A stretch of 63,409 bases of DNA, filler included, from Choristocarpus tenellus KU-1152 (Eukaryota; Protista; Phaeophyceae): the NCBI GenBank assembly GCA_964200185.2. It is 10 parts of 10 records of this genome, joined end to end, with 100 filler letters (N's around TTAATTAATTAA, not from the genome) between each part and the next. Parts side by side here need not be neighbours in the genome. Positions count along the whole stretch, not along the records: positions 13,446 to 17,964 come from CAXNAD020014185.1; positions 18,065 to 22,509 come from CAXNAD020014525.1; positions 22,610 to 26,706 come from CAXNAD020016232.1; positions 26,807 to 33,144 come from CAXNAD020008356.1; 6 more parts are not named here. One strand, written 5' to 3'. The notes under the pieces were generated by a model. It was given only the letters and a program-made list of their open reading frames with translations. It did not search any database and was not told the origin of the DNA. A program made the translations under genes and the position numbers. The stretch's first letter is position 1. Each line of letters starts with the position of its first letter. Positions 14,304 through 28,673 of the stretch are shown here, in pieces.

Positions 14304-17300
14304 GTGTTCTGCCATCGTGGATGTCTACCTCGTCTATTCATACTTCTAGGAAGAAGAGAAAGGTTCCACAGACCACGGTCCCTGGAGGATGGCTTGCTCA
14401 CGCAGCTGCTACCGGTGAACTTGGGCATCTCCCTAAGGACGAGGAGGAGGATGACACAGAATGTTCACCTTCTGCTTCAGTCACTCCATTCCCTGCACAA
14501 AGTACATCCCGGAGACCTTCACTCTGTGGAGGCCTGCCACCTTGGGCCCCCAAACAATGTTCTGCTGCCAAGGATGACTATGGAGATGATGCAATCCCAA
14601 ATGGGTTAAAGAAAGGGAAAGCAGGGTTGGGTGGTGGGCTACCGCCCTGGGCCCCAAAGACAACACTTGTGACCCCTACCTTGCCACAAGCAGAGGAAAC
14701 ATGCAGCAGGAGTTTCGAAGGAGACCCTGACCCGAGGTATATACCTCACTGGGATGGGGGTTGTTGAGTAGGTCTGTGCTTGTCCTGAAGTTATACTCTT
14801 GAAAAAAACGTACTACTATGTCAACGCATGGATTAAATGATTGATACAAGGGTCAGTCACACTATATTAAGTGGACTACGTTTACTCTTGTGCCAGCAAT
14901 GTCTGCCGATTGTGCTATTGTTCTCTATGCCACAATGTCTGATAGAGTTGACTTAAAGGGGGGTGTTACTGACATTTAAGAGGGATATGCATATAGAGTA
15001 CTCAGCCCACAACTGTGGACTGCATTTTGACTGTTTCATGGCCAGAGTTGTTCGCAGAAGTAAGTTATCCTTGGTAACACCCAAGAAACATTCGAAATTT
15101 CGGCACGGCCGAGAATACACACCCCTCTGGTTACATTGACTGATAAGGATGGGATCAAAAGCGGACAGACACTACATGCATTGCAATTGATTATCATGCT
15201 TCTATCGTGGCTAAATCAACAGTAAACCGTTAACACTCTGAGCCCAGACTAGGCCGTGTGATGGCCAGTGAGTGTGCATGGGAGGAAACCAAGAGGTAAT
15301 TATTGTGTTGTTTGAGTTTGTTCAGATGTGATCGACCTATGGGTTCTACAATTGATTGTGGTTGTTGCGGAGTCCAGTAGCAGAAGAGGAGACCATCATG
15401 ACTTGCAATCCATAAAGCAAGGCAGTAAGTAGCCTGCCCACCCATGTAATACAAGCACAAACTACCAGAGTAGGTCCTCACTGGGTCTGTCCTCTTCTCT
15501 CATAAAAAAAATCATCCCGTCCTGCCCAGGATAGCTGCCATTTCCATCTCTAATATTCCTTCCCTCAACTCCCTCTGGATACCAGCCCTACTGAGGAGAA
15601 GGGCAGTGATCTCCCAGACTGGCTGCGAGTTGCTGCATCTGGGGAAGTGGTTGATTCCCCCCAAGGTGCTGAGAGCAAGAGCAGAACTGGGGAGGGCTTG
15701 GACTGGCTTCTCAAGCCTGCCAGCAGCAAAATAACACTCAACACTGATGGCTCAATTCCAGCTGCAGGCTCAGTTGCTGGGTGCACAGATTGGCTGGCAG
15801 CAGCACTGGCAGGGGGAACGACCACTGATGTACGGAATGGAGAGATTGGGGGAAAGACTGGGAGTGAGATCAGCAGGGCGACTGCAGATTCACCGGTCAG
15901 GAAGACTGATGGGGAGACGACATATTGGCTTGAAGCAGCTGCCCGTGGAGAGTTATCTAGGGATGAAGGTTTCCAGCAATACCTCCACTCCTTTGGATGC
16001 CATTGATACATTCTCAATGGGTTGATCTACATATACTAGTCAAAATATCTTAAGAGGGTAGAGCTGCGTCCATTCGGGATCTTAAATCCAATGTTGCGAT
16101 TTTGATGCAATTTTGGCTATTGTGTTTGTTTGGAAGTGTCAATATCTATGTTCCGGACACAAACTTTCATAATCTATATATTTTACATATTCTGAAACAT
16201 TTTAGAGTAGGTAAAATATCATTAGCAAAATTCGTGGTAAGACAAGCCCCAAACGGACAAACAGGGCAAACCTCGTACCCTCTAAGATAATTTAACTCAT
16301 ACTATCAACATATTACTGCATTTCCTTTATCTGGGCATCCTTTGTAGATCATCTGCAGATTTTGGTAAATTGTACCAGATCAGCTTAGTTAATGAAGTTC
16401 AGTTATATGCAATTTCCCATGACATACAGCATGGTGTTCTGTGTTAATGGGTGCATCTTGCAAGTAGGAAAAGACAAAAACCATCAGCGGTTGTCAGCCT
16501 GGTCTACCCTTCACAGTAGTCGGTATTTCTCGGAAGTAGTCCCCAAATCTCTGTATTGTCTTTGGCTACACCGCTATTGATACGTTACCCCTGTTCTAGT
16601 CCCCTTCACATAACTCTGAGTTTTGCAATGAGACCTTCTGTTGTCTATGACCCAAAGTATCTGGGGGGGGGGAGGGGTCTGCACCAGGGTGCCCATTTGG
16701 CTCATAACAGGAAAAGTACACTTACATTATCCATCCGATGTATGCAACCAAATCACCAATAAATCGCGACATGAAGAAATTGGCCCCAAATGGACAGCCG
16801 CCACCCCCTCCCAGATACTTTGAGTCTATGTCTCCCTTGAAATTCATTGGTGTGTGTTACTGTCCTGTATACACATGTGCCAAATATGAAGACTTGCTAT
16901 CAGCCGCGGTAAGGGGCCAAAGGCTTCCCAAGTCACAACTACGACGTTCTTCCCTCAAGGAGGGGCAATCCGAGGCTCAGAGGGGCTGGATGACGAAAGC
17001 AGTTGCTGTGGGAAGCTTTGGAGCATTGCCAAGCGATGGCAAGGAGGACAAGGAAGTCCGTGGGAACATCAGCAGGGGAAGCATTCGAGGTGCAAGGAAA
17101 AATGAAGTGCAATTGTTTACAATATTCCACCAGCAACATTGTTCACTTGCAGTCCATCTACGTAACCCAAAAATATCTGATATCTCTGAAATGCTTTTTG
17201 CCTCTTCGGCCCTCATCCTTTGTTCCGTCTCTTCCCAAATCTCCCATTGACTTCCACATATGTCCCATCTATTGTTCTCTTGGATATTGGCCGAATTCTC

Positions 17301-17964
17301 CAACTAGTTATCCATGAAATCGGAGCTGTACTTGATACACGCAGTTACCTTGGGGAGGTAAAATCGATCCTGACTCAAGAGGTGGCAACGAGGAGAAGCA
17401 GAATTGTGCAGATTTTGGTGTTTATTTTGGTATTTTCTACATATATGTATGGGTCCTGAACGAAAGTACACATGGCACTACCGGGGATTTGTAGGGATCA
17501 ATACTTTAGTTGCTGTATATATTTTTTGTTGTAACAATACCATATTTGCCCATCCAACCCTCCACATTCATCCTCCTTCTATTGACTTGTCCTAAGAGAG
17601 CTTAGCCAGACTCTCATTTAATTTTTTTTTGGGGGGGGCTCATCACTTCCCTGCCATTCTCCATAAGGTGGCAATTCATCGTGGATATCTGCCTCATCAC
17701 ACCCCACATCTGCTCCCAACAAGGAAAGGAAGACCCCTTCGAGATGGATACCTGGAGGATGGCTCGCACAGGCTGCTGCCATGGGCACCCTTGGGGCTCC
17801 GTGTGAGAATGACAATGATGAAGAATGCGATACAGCTGCTCCTACCAAGGAAAGGAAGACCCCTTCGAGATGGATACCTGGAGGATGGCTCGCACAGGCT
17901 GCTGCCACGGGCACCCTTGGGGCTCCGTGTGAGAATGAGGATGAAGAAGGTGATGCAGCCAGGC
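14304..17964 (+). CDS. Partial multi-exon gene: low-complexity protein with repeated W-[LM]-x-x-A-[AV]-x-x-G motifs, function unknown
   Basis: Phase-compatible AG/GT exons 14304-14736, 15586-15968, 16904-17089 and 17668->17964 (runs into a gap). Motifs GWLAHAAATG, DWLRVAASG, DWLAAALAG, YWLEAAARG, GWMTKAVAVG, GWLAQAAAMG, GWLAQAAATG. Confidence 0.7.
16037..16298. mobile_element. MITE family B copy (intronic)
   Basis: TAGTCAAAATATCTTAAGAGGGTAG ... TACCCTCTAAGATAATTTAACTC. Confidence 0.7.
16649..16826. mobile_element. MITE family A, 3-bp TSD TAT (intronic)
   Basis: tat-GACCCAAAGTATCTGGGG ... CCCAGATACTTTGAGTC-tat. Confidence 0.8.
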
Positions 17965-18415
17965 NNNNNNNNNNNNNNNNNNNNNNNNNNNNNNNNNNNN
18001 NNNNNNNNTTAATTAATTAANNNNNNNNNNNNNNNNNNNNNNNNNNNNNNNNNNNNNNNNNNNNGGGGATATGAGCAGGTGGATGGAAAGTTGTTTTGTT
18101 TCTATTGCCCTGGTGAATTTGCCAGGTTATCATTGTCCTTGTTGAGCTTCACTGACATTTTTTCCAGCGGTACACGCCATCTGTTCGAGAAACGTTTTAG
18201 TTCGAGGGCATAGATGTAAACAAAACACAAAAACATTTTTGTCCCTCTCCGAGAAACACAGACCCTGGTCTACCGGTAATTGTGCTGCGGGAGTACATAT
18301 GTGTACCTAGATAGGTGTGAACTTTCAATGCGGGATACACGAAGAGGTGCTTGCGGAGGATCACTTTGCGGCAACCTCAGAGTTCAGGTTGGGGAGGATC
18401 TCTCTCCTTTCAGAC

Positions 18416-18723
18416 CTTGAGTGTGGAGTCGGAGGAGGAGGACAGCAAATAGTTCCCAGACTCATGGAAGCTGATGGAGGTCACTGCTCCATCATGGGCA
18501 GGGTAGTGTTGTAATAGCTGATGTGAGCGACCATCCCACACCTCGAAGGAGAATCGGGGATCAGATCATTCATTTTTCCCGAATCCCGCACGCGGGAGAA
18601 CAGGGAGGGCCGGAGGTGGGAGTCAGGCATGGGGCCATGTGGCTAAAAACAAATCTTCGATACGATCACAAGAGGACTTGGTGATTGCATTTTTATATGT
18701 GCGCAGGTGCAAAAAAAAAATAA

Positions 18724-18754
<31 letters not shown>

Positions 18755-21751
18755 TCGCTACATGAGAGTTGCGAAAAGCACCGGAGAGTCGCTTGCGCAG
18801 TAAAACACGCTGAGAAAAAAAAGAATTATTTGCTTCTGCAAGAACAGAGCATATTCGCATTTCGCCCTGCAACCCGCCAGCTAATCCCATCGAGGTTCAA
18901 CTCCCGCCAGGGTCCCAACACACACGGAAGGGCAACGTATTGCAGGCAAGGAAGGAAGGAAGGACGCCATCGACACACTTGCCCTGACAGTACAGCAGTC
19001 TAAACTATGCGATTGATCTCTCACCTTGATCGTTTGGTCAGCGGAGCAGGAGGCAACGCACGTACCGTCCGGGTGGAACTTGACCTTATTAACAGCATCG
19101 TTGTGATCGAAAAAAATATGGAGGCTTTTCTGACTGGCTACATCCCAGAGTCGGACGGTCTTGTCGTCACCGCAAGATGCTGCCAATCGAGAATCCGGGC
19201 TAATTTCGAGGAATCATGGAAGGCGGTACATGCGCAGAGAGAGTGGAAGAGGCGGAGGGCACAGACTGAGGCTCGTGTAGGAGCTTGGAAGAAAGAAGCC
19301 TTGCAGGGAATATTAACTCCATGCCAATCACGGCCAATGTAGAACTGACGTTCCAGATTAGCCCAGCCCCTCACAAACAAACGCCTCTACCGATTTCTCA
19401 AGTGGTTATTTGGTGTTCTACATTAGCGGTGATTGTGAGTTTAGGGAGGATGGAGGGGGCCAAGATTCACTTTGGGATTTATCTTCAACCTTCACTATTG
19501 TGCTCACCGGATTGATGCTCCTGCTACTGCCCTCTGGCTTTTCATCCCAGGTGCTATACAATGACGCCATTGTTTTATCACACCCTGACCCCATCGCCCC
19601 TCTTCTACACAACCTCTTGGTCAATGCAGCTATAACATACATCAAAAGAATGCCTCTATCAGCCCCAACAAGATCGCTTCTCTTCAATAACAGTTGCCTA
19701 AACTCCCAGCATAGACCATGTCACATTTGCATCACCGATGTTAACAGCCAAACCTGAAAGTTGCACAGCGAACCCAGTTGTTGTGCCCTGTCAAGGTGCA
19801 GGAAAACTTTTGTGCCGGAAGGGACCATATCTGACGTTAAATCAAAGCATTGCAGTGTTGGCGAGATAACATGTATCAGAATAAACAGATGCATCAACAG
19901 CTGACACAAAATGGCACCACGACAAGAAGAATGGCTAAGGGAACCGCAACAGTGAGAATGGGGATGATTGTAAAATGGATATTAGCACAAGTTTATAAAC
20001 TGATTGTGGCAAGTTGAAGGAATGGGGTGTAAACATAAAAAAGGAGGGTTGTAGTGTGATCTCACATCTCTCAAGGATTAGACAGTGAGATGGAAAGCTT
20101 TTGCTTACCTGTGTCCTTCCTGTGCTGGAAAGGATAAAAAGGTGCTAAGTAGGGTTGTGTCTGTGCGTGCCTGAAAGAAAGCTTGAATGACAGCAAAAAT
20201 GACCAAGGATTCTATGGACAAAGATGCAACAGAAACGTAGACCAGGGCCAGGGGACCAGGATTAAGTTTGGCCCTTTGAGTTGGCAGGCTTAAGGAAATT
20301 CCAGGTTTCCATCGACCAAGAAATTTTGGATTGGTGGAAGATGTGACAGGATGATGTCTTTACTGACAGTGCAAGATATTCTCTTGTGGTATTCTGTCCG
20401 CAGCAGCATGTTTCTCCCTACTGCATGAAGGTACAAGTCAACATTCTCCTGCTCGGTGGTAACAAATTGCCAACAAAACCACAAGCCACCATCATTCCCC
20501 GGGAAATACCTAGCAGACTCTGTACCACAAAAACAAATGAAAAACATCTTCAAGACAAAATAGAGTGCTATGTATGGCATAATAAGAGGTTATATGGAAC
20601 AACAGAAAATCTACACATCCTACTATAACCACCACAATTTCCAACCAGGGTTGGAGACACTGAGGACCTTCCACTCACCTTGACAGTTTTGTCCTCAGAG
20701 GCAGTGATCAAGAACCGCCCATTCCGGGAAAAGGATGCATGACGGACACCTCCCATATGCCCCTTTAGAACACTGGACTCTCCCCTTGCCGTGGGGGTCC
20801 ACAGACGTACTGTTCGGTCGCGAGAGGCTGAGGCCACAAGAGAGCCAGAGGGAGAGTACTCTGCATGGTAGACCACCGACGTGTGACCCTTGAAACGAAA
20901 AGCCTAAAGTGGGTGTGGATGGGCCCGGGTACAGGGTAGTTCGGGGGGTAACGTCGGAGGAATGCTCCACTTTCTCTTCAAGAAAGAGGGACGAGGGATA
21001 GGCGCAAGCGTGGCACTTACCCTAAGTTGGGGACGGAAACTCCAGACCATGAGACAGTGATCAGCAGAGGAAGAGACAAGTTGTTTCATATCCGGAGAAA
21101 AGTCAACTCCTGTCACAGAATTGGTGTGGCCACGAAAAGTGCGCTCGAGTTCCGGGTCAGCCAACAGGGGCTCTCTGTCTCCCGCGAGGGTAATGGTTCC
21201 TGTAAATACGAGGGATATGTAAATAGCGAAAGGGGGTGAACGTTTTCATTCAGAGATCACGAGATTTGCTACACTCGATGCGTCAGGTCGAACTGCTTGC
21301 GCACAGCAAGGCGGGTTCTACCGAACCAATAACTAACCGAGATCTCCCCCGCTCCCCCAAAAGCCAGGAACGGTTCCCCCTTGAGAGAAACTAGGGTAAG
21401 GGTGTCAATGTGCTCTAGAGGTTATACTATTGATGTGCACCAAATATTTGCTTGGAAACTTGTATATTGAATCAGCTCCATCACATTCTTAGGTGCCACT
21501 TACGATTCAAGTATCAGTGAAATTAGACTGGGTCAGAAAACCTGTGATTGGTAGAGGGAGACTTTAAATCCTGGCAGTATGTTGCGTCAACAACATAAAC
21601 CATCAAGTTGACTCAATCCCGATAATCGTCTGTGAACACCGACGGCAACACACAAGTTCTACACTTTTGTTCGAGGGACAATGGAATTTATCACCCCAGT
21701 TAAGTCCTAAATATGGAAAACGTCACCTCCTCCTCCGTACGACCGTAACAT
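18416..21751 (-). CDS. POC1: POC1 centriolar WD40 protein (5' part; 3' exons lost at the contig end)
   Basis: Phase-consistent exons 21751-21727 (tentative first), 21199-21021, 20903-20679, 19830-19754, 19199-19025, 18541-18416. They give [11 protein letters not shown]...[15 protein letters not shown]...[27 protein letters not shown]...QLLQHYPAH, matching POC1 hallmark motifs. Confidence 0.92.
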
Positions 21752-22119
21752 CCTCCGTGACCGTCCCAACGCGCCACCAGTGCAATTTGTAGATATGAAA
21801 CACCCAGTCGCCACCTCTGTTAGAGCTTCACCGATTATTTCAGTTTTTCGACTCTACTGAAGACCACAGATAGTGGACGCTCTCGCTGCAGGATTGCACA
21901 GCTCCAACCTTCTCGCTACAGCTTGCTCGATATATCATCACTTCCCAAAAGTATATATTTAAAATTATGCCTTGTTTGGAGTGTCAACCATTTTTGAAAA
22001 ACATGAAAAAGCCTTCGCATACTTTTTTAAATAGAATTGTAGTTGTCCTCCATTACAAAAGGCAATAAATAGGAGTAGGTACTTTTACTTTCATGTTCAC
22101 GAACTATGGATTGTTTTAC

Positions 22120-22509
22120 TTTATTATACTTTTTGCGTTCCACCCCTTCCCCTCCTCCCCATTTGCGACCAACCAGTGCAACCTCTTCGCCGCTGATTTC
22201 CAGGCACTGCCCACTTCCAATGACCCAACACTGCAAACCCCCTTTGCCACTGATTTCCAGTCACCAACCCCATCAAATGACCAACCAGTGCAACCCCTTC
22301 GCCACTGATTTCCAGTCACCACCCCATCAGATGACCTACCAGTGCAACCCCTTCGCCACTGATTTCCCGTCACCACCCCACCCTTCAACCCTACTCAACC
22401 CTACACCGCTTACCACACCACCAGACCACTCAACACCACTCCCCCTCACAACACTCGCCCCCAGTTACCACTTCCCAACCCCATTCAACACCTCTCAACC
22501 CCCCAACAC
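22120..22509. repeat. Dispersed minisatellite-bearing repeat (inverted homolog of 4480-4880)
   Basis: CCAACCAGTGCAACCCCTTCGCCACTGATTTCCAGTCACC units, about 4 copies. Confidence 0.7.
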
Positions 22510-22609
22510 NNNNNNNNNNNNNNNNNNNNNNNNNNNNNNNNNNNNNNNNNNNNTTAATTAATTAANNNNNNNNNNNNNNNNNNNNNNNNNNNNNNNNNNN
22601 NNNNNNNNN

Positions 22610-22659
<50 letters not shown>

Positions 22660-23990
22660 GGAGCAGGTGAGGGTGAGGGGAGATGAAAAAGAGAGCTCAC
22701 ACAATAGGGGAAACATGCATTGTGCGTGGATTTGAGCTTGGCGCAAACATTTCACACCCTATCATATACAGACGAACTTCAATACCATGTTTGGGTTTTA
22801 CCAGAATTACTAGTGCACCCATAGTACTGCACAATACACATTAATATGTAGTAATTATTTATTTTTTCACAACTGCACTTGTCACAATTCATTTGTGATA
22901 ATGCTGTAGAAGTCATGGTGCTCACTACAGCATGATGAGCACATATGTCACCAATCAGTCACATCTACAAGATGACATCACCAATACCTACACAAATACA
23001 GATGTATCACCTAGTAGCACATTGGGTACGTGTATATCACACTTTTTCATAAATAGTAGACAAAAAAAAGGCGTCTTCTACTAAAAAAAAAGGTTCTGTG
23101 TGGGAAGTCTCACGCTATGCTTTAGTCATAAAAGAGAGTTGTAAATCAAAAGGCATTGTGGGTAAAACAAATGGGAAAAAAACTCTAGAAAAGAATGAAC
23201 TCAATTGGAACCAAAATATGAACAGCTCAACGTAAAAGCAACTTGACAAAAATTTCCACAGAGAGCACATTGCCCAAGCATGTACTAGAAAATAAAATTA
23301 ACTCCACCGAATTAAGCCCTTCAATTTCAATGCTTATCCTTTTATTTAAATCTATCAAACTGTAGCAATCGACAACACCACTACATTAAATTATAATTCA
23401 AATATAATGAGAGCACAGAGAATACAAACACAATGGGGTCACAGTCACACCAAGCAGGTGTACCTTAACGATGTCATCTGCTGGATTGGATGGGATTGAA
23501 TGAACACCTAAGTGCTTCCACCATAGTTGATAGATACTATGACTTGAGGGTGATGGCCAGAACAACCAAAATATAGAACAGAACATCTGATTTTAAAAAA
23601 ATGAAATTTTTAATATACATGGAACTAATATATATTTTTTAAGCATGACACATCCTCTCAAGAAACAAAACAACCCCCTGTTAATTGTGGTTTCTCCCCC
23701 CCCCACCAATACATATTTTGGAAGGAAGTCTCTATGCACCATGCTAACTCAAGCCATGCTCCCCAAACAGAGAGGTGGATCATTCCCAACTAGGGTAGGC
23801 ACACACGGGGGTCGCTGGTGGCTACAGTGCCAAGAAAATCATCATCCCAAAGCAGCTCCTTGAGTTACAATGGACAGACGTTTAGGACAAAAACTAAAGT
23901 ACAATAAATGAGCCCTCCACCAAAGCTAACCAATAGAAAGCACCGATACAGACCTCGATTCTTGCACATGCCTACACCCAATAATGGAAT

Positions 23991-24118
23991 CTTGTGGCAA
24001 TGCGCACACATGCTGTTTTTTTGTTTTTTTGGGGGGGGTGAGGAGTGGGAGAGCTTAGGGTTAGGGTTAGAGCTCCCACCCCCCCTAAAAAAACAGCATG
24101 TGTGTGCATTGCCACAAG
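23991..24118. mobile_element. Small hairpin/MITE-like element with an internal telomeric repeat
   Basis: CTTGTGGCAATGCGCACACATGCTGTTTTTT ... AAAAAACAGCATGTGTGTGCATTGCCACAAG, with TTAGGGTTAGGGTTAG in the loop. Confidence 0.65.
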
Positions 24119-27100
24119 AAACAGAAAATGTAACTATGTAACGTAACTGTCATCATTCCGTAAGTGTGGTGAGACTTGTCTCAATACTCTCCTACACAAG
24201 AACAACAATATGGATAATTTATGACAATTATACTAGAAATAAAAATAAGTTACACTCCAGAATAATAACACTAGCAATGATAATAATAAAAACAATTATC
24301 TCACAAGAGTCAGCTGCTCAGAACAAAGATCCCCAGTGGCCACAGGGAAACATCTGCCTCAGAAGTCCACCAAAGGTCATCTACCACAGTGTAACATCAG
24401 GATACATCAAACCAAAAGTCTCACACACCCCCTTCCAGATTTCGTTTGGCACATGTAGCAGTGCACTGCTCACAAAAAACGCGTACCAACAATACTCCTC
24501 CTAGTAGATGAAGACCAGCAGGAGTGCTTAAGAGGAGACTGAACAGATAAAGAAACGTTCTGACCTGTCACTGTCCATTGACCAATCAAATCTGCAGATA
24601 ATGAGCACATGGTCTTTTATCCCACCCTTACATCAACACACATGTGAAGAGCTAAATAATAGAAAAAATAATAATGGCAATAATTACTAGTATTACTACT
24701 ACTGTTATTATTGTTGTAAGGATAATTTTTTTCTCTTTTGTTGTGAGAAGAACTTGGATGACGTTTGCAGTGACCTAATTATAATACTACCAAAGATTAG
24801 CTGATGCACACATAGCAGAAAAAAAATCAACCCAGTCCTGCCCTTCCTTGCCCCCCCCCCCCCATCACAATTCATCCATACATATCAACTTGATCCCATG
24901 CACTTTTCAATACAAAGCATGTTATCAATTAATCTCTTCATTCACTGCATGAAAATAAGGTGGGGTCCTAGCAAAAGAGCAGGACTGGGTTGATATATGC
25001 TGTATGTTAAATGGGTATCAACTAATCATTACCAAAACAAAGATGAGGTAACTCAACGCACCTCTCAACCTCTTCTCATCACAAGAGGCAACAGCAAAAA
25101 CAGAATTTGCAAGTGCATTAATACAAGTCACACCCAATTAGTGGATATCTAATTCTGTCCAGATAGAGCCTTAGTGCATCCACGTGTACAAAAACCCACT
25201 GCAGCATGTAAGTCAGACACCTGATATTCATATTAGGTAGCTATCAAGTGGGTCATCACAAGAGGTGGGGGGGAAGGAATGAAACAAGCTACAAAAGGAC
25301 CTTGCAATATACATCAACACCGAACATGGATCATCATTTTCCCCAACCTAGAAAACAATCAGATCCAAATATGAAATCAAGAACGTTGATGATCTCATTG
25401 TATAATATTTTTTTCATTTCAAACCCGATTAGAAAACAAGAAATTTAAAAAAAGTTAAAAAAAAAATTATTTGTTCTCTTTTACCCACTCAATGTACAGC
25501 AATGGGATGTTCCAACATTTTTTTGTTTTCAAGAAGAAAAAAATGAGCACAACTCACATCCTGTGGGATGTCGCCTGATGAGATGGTGCAACCTATTGTG
25601 GACCCAAGACATCGGACAAATGCAGGGTCTCCAGGCTTCGAAGCACTGAAGGTCTTTGTCAACCAAGCACGGGTCTTATCCAAAATCACACTGGGTGATG
25701 TTGGCATCTGAGATTTGTTATGCACCAGCAGCATTAGAAAAAGAGGGTGAAGGATACGTTAGAAGAACACAAAAGGCAAATGAGTTTGCAGGAGGGTTTG
25801 TGTGTGTGCATAACAGGAACTGAGAGGAGGGAAAGAAGGGCGTGAAAGCACCAGGTCTTAAGAACAACAAAGGCACTTCAAGCATAATGAGACATCTGAC
25901 CAAGGCATGAGAGGTTGCATGGTGCCTGCATCTTACTACTGCAATGCCTCTTGAGACACATATATAACACCTGATTGGTCCTAATATATCATCTGTCCTT
26001 GCCACTGTCCTCAACAGAACAAGAGGGGGAGTTAGGGAGGTGGGGGGTGGGGGGGAAGCTTAAGTGGCCGGTTAAGATGGTAGGAGGGCTGGGAAATTAA
26101 ACTGACTTAACCACTTGCTTCCATTAGAATGGGACTTTGTGAGGGTTGGAAGTGGGGTGGAGCGGTGGGGGGAAGAGCATTTTTTGTTGCAACTGTTAGA
26201 GCAAAGATACACGACAATGTATTATAATTATTATATAAAATAGGACACACAGACAACAAACAGCCTATCACCAAGTACTGGTGTCCTCATTGGTTGCTCA
26301 AACAAAACACAGAATGGCATGGGGGGAGGGGAGGCGGGGCAGCAATGTGGACAGTCTACAAGTACAATACCAAAGGACTTTCATTTATATTTGTATTTTC
26401 AGAAACAAACGTAATCTATTTTCAAAATTAGATCAAACGTGTTCCTCAGTATTGATGCCGTTGTTGTCGACAGTCCGATTGTTTATCAGCAGAAATAAAG
26501 CACACACACACACACAAATATATATATATATATCCCCATAGCATGTGTGTATTGCTATGCATATTTTTAATCTCTTTTCTTCGTTGAGGACTACCATCCT
26601 GTCATGTACTCCGTACTACAGTAACCACTTGCACCTCCCCCCCCCCCCCCCCCCCCCCCACCAAAAAAAAACAAAACGCTGAGGGGAGAAAGGGAGCAGT
26701 AGACTGNNNNNNNNNNNNNNNNNNNNNNNNNNNNNNNNNNNNNNNNNNNNTTAATTAATTAANNNNNNNNNNNNNNNNNNNNNNNNNNNNNNNNNNNNNN
26801 NNNNNNCCCCCCCCAGATACTTTGAGCCAAGGCGGAAGTGTACCTTCCTTTGGTCGAAAAGTTAGGTCAAGTTTCAAATGTTTTGGTGATTGACGGCGGG
26901 TAGATAGATATAGGTTTGTAAAGTAAAGCTTCCCAAACGCTGTTATGCTGAAATAACGAAAGCACCTCATAACAATGAAGCGAGTACATGACAAGAAGTC
27001 TGGTATACTCCAACATGGTGCGATGAGGACGAAACCTTGTGTGATAGACTGCATAGTGTTCAAGGCTATTGGTCTCGCTATATATCAGATGCAGAATGGT

Positions 27101-28450
27101 TATTGAGATGAAAATGTGTTATCCCCTTGGTATATATATATATATATATTATCGTTGTATTTGTTAGCACCTCCGTGCTGTGATTGCCCTGGTACATAAC
27201 AAAAAAAATATGAATCCGGATATTGGACCAAACCTGATTTTTTCCAGACATTATCGACTTGACCAATCCCAATAGTCCACAGCAGGGACACCATTTCTGT
27301 CAATTATGCTAGTAGTAGGCCCTGACCGACAGTTCTACAGAGTCTATAAAACAAAGTCCAGACCGTACGAACTTGGTCGTCGGAGAGTGTGTTGAAGGAA
27401 CAGAATTCATAAGTCTGTCACAAATACACGGCCCTTACTTCAAGTTCTAACAAAAACCAAAACAAAACTACTTCAGCTCGTGAGCATGTGTGAAGTCACA
27501 CCTCTCCTTCCATCAACCCTTAAGCTTTGGATAAGTCTCTGTCAACACATGCCAAAGGTTTATTTTGGGGCGAGGAATACTTGTCATTCCATAGATCTGC
27601 TTCGACACAACTAAGGAACACAACTTTCTTCACAGCGAGTGCTTCTATGTCCTCCACACGCAGCGTCCTCTTGGTATTTCCTCCACCATCACGTAAGCCA
27701 TTGAGGATTCCTTTGTGGACGTAGCAGTGGTTGTTCAGGACAATGAGCTTGGCAGCTTTGCCAACTTGTATCGATTTAAAGCCGTGGTCATGCATAACCT
27801 TCTGAAAGGCACGGATTTGCACACGGTTGTACGTTGGTGTAAATCGGTTTTTGAGAGGGGATGAGCTCCTCTGTTCCTCTGTGCAAGCCTTGAGGAATTT
27901 ATCTGTCATTCCGATGATGTTTGAACTTACCATCAGAGTCCATCGATTGTTGTCTGGCGGGGGGGCTATCACCAGATCTAGGTAGGTCATCATCACTATC
28001 TGTAAGTCCTGCAGCACTTGCCCTTACGGCGGAAGCTTTTTTGCTGTGTACCTCTGCTGCTCTGTATATATATTTTTTTGATGTGTACGGAAGATGCTCT
28101 CTAGTAAGGTTACTAGGGGGGTTACAAGTGTTCCCTTTCCCTTGCAGTTGGGGACGTGTTTCTTGGGACCACGGTCCCCATTTGGTCCCTTACAGTCCCT
28201 CCCAACACCCCCAGAATGCTTACGCCTCTTGCCAGGAGGAGATCAACAATATGGATCGACCTCCTCCACACCACTCTCTTCACCTTTGCCAGATCCGTCA
28301 CCACTGCCCTCAACTGCACTTGGGTTGACGCTATGAGTTGTCGGAAGCCTGGGGCCTGGCAGGGTTTCATGCATTTCCTGCATGGTATCTTCATCGCACC
28401 TGCTAAAACTAAACTCCAAAGCTAAACTCCAAAGCTAAACTCCAAAGCTA

Positions 28451-28673
28451 ACCGAGGATGCTGTGAATAAAAAGAAGAACGCTCATACAAGTGTCGTTTC
28501 GAACCTCCTGGTCCAGTCGGGGGGCATTACTAACCTGTACTATTCTGAGGTGTTGGGGGTCATGATTCCCCCTGAGAAAAGTACAGGTTAGTACTGGCCG
28601 CCCCCTGCTGGACCAGGAAGTTCGAAACAGCACTTGTGTGAGTGTTATTAATCTTTCTCACAGCATCCTCGGT
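28451..28673. repeat. Imperfect inverted repeat (~75-bp arms), MITE-like
   Basis: ACCGAGGATGCTGTGA...TTTCGAACCTCCTGGTCCAG vs CTGGACCAGGAAGTTCGAAA...TCACAGCATCCTCGGT. Confidence 0.65.

Noticed and set aside
23440-26014. Exon-like minus-strand segments (e.g. 25707-25558, 23586-23464)
   Set aside because: No consistent reading frame or recognisable domain could be assembled.
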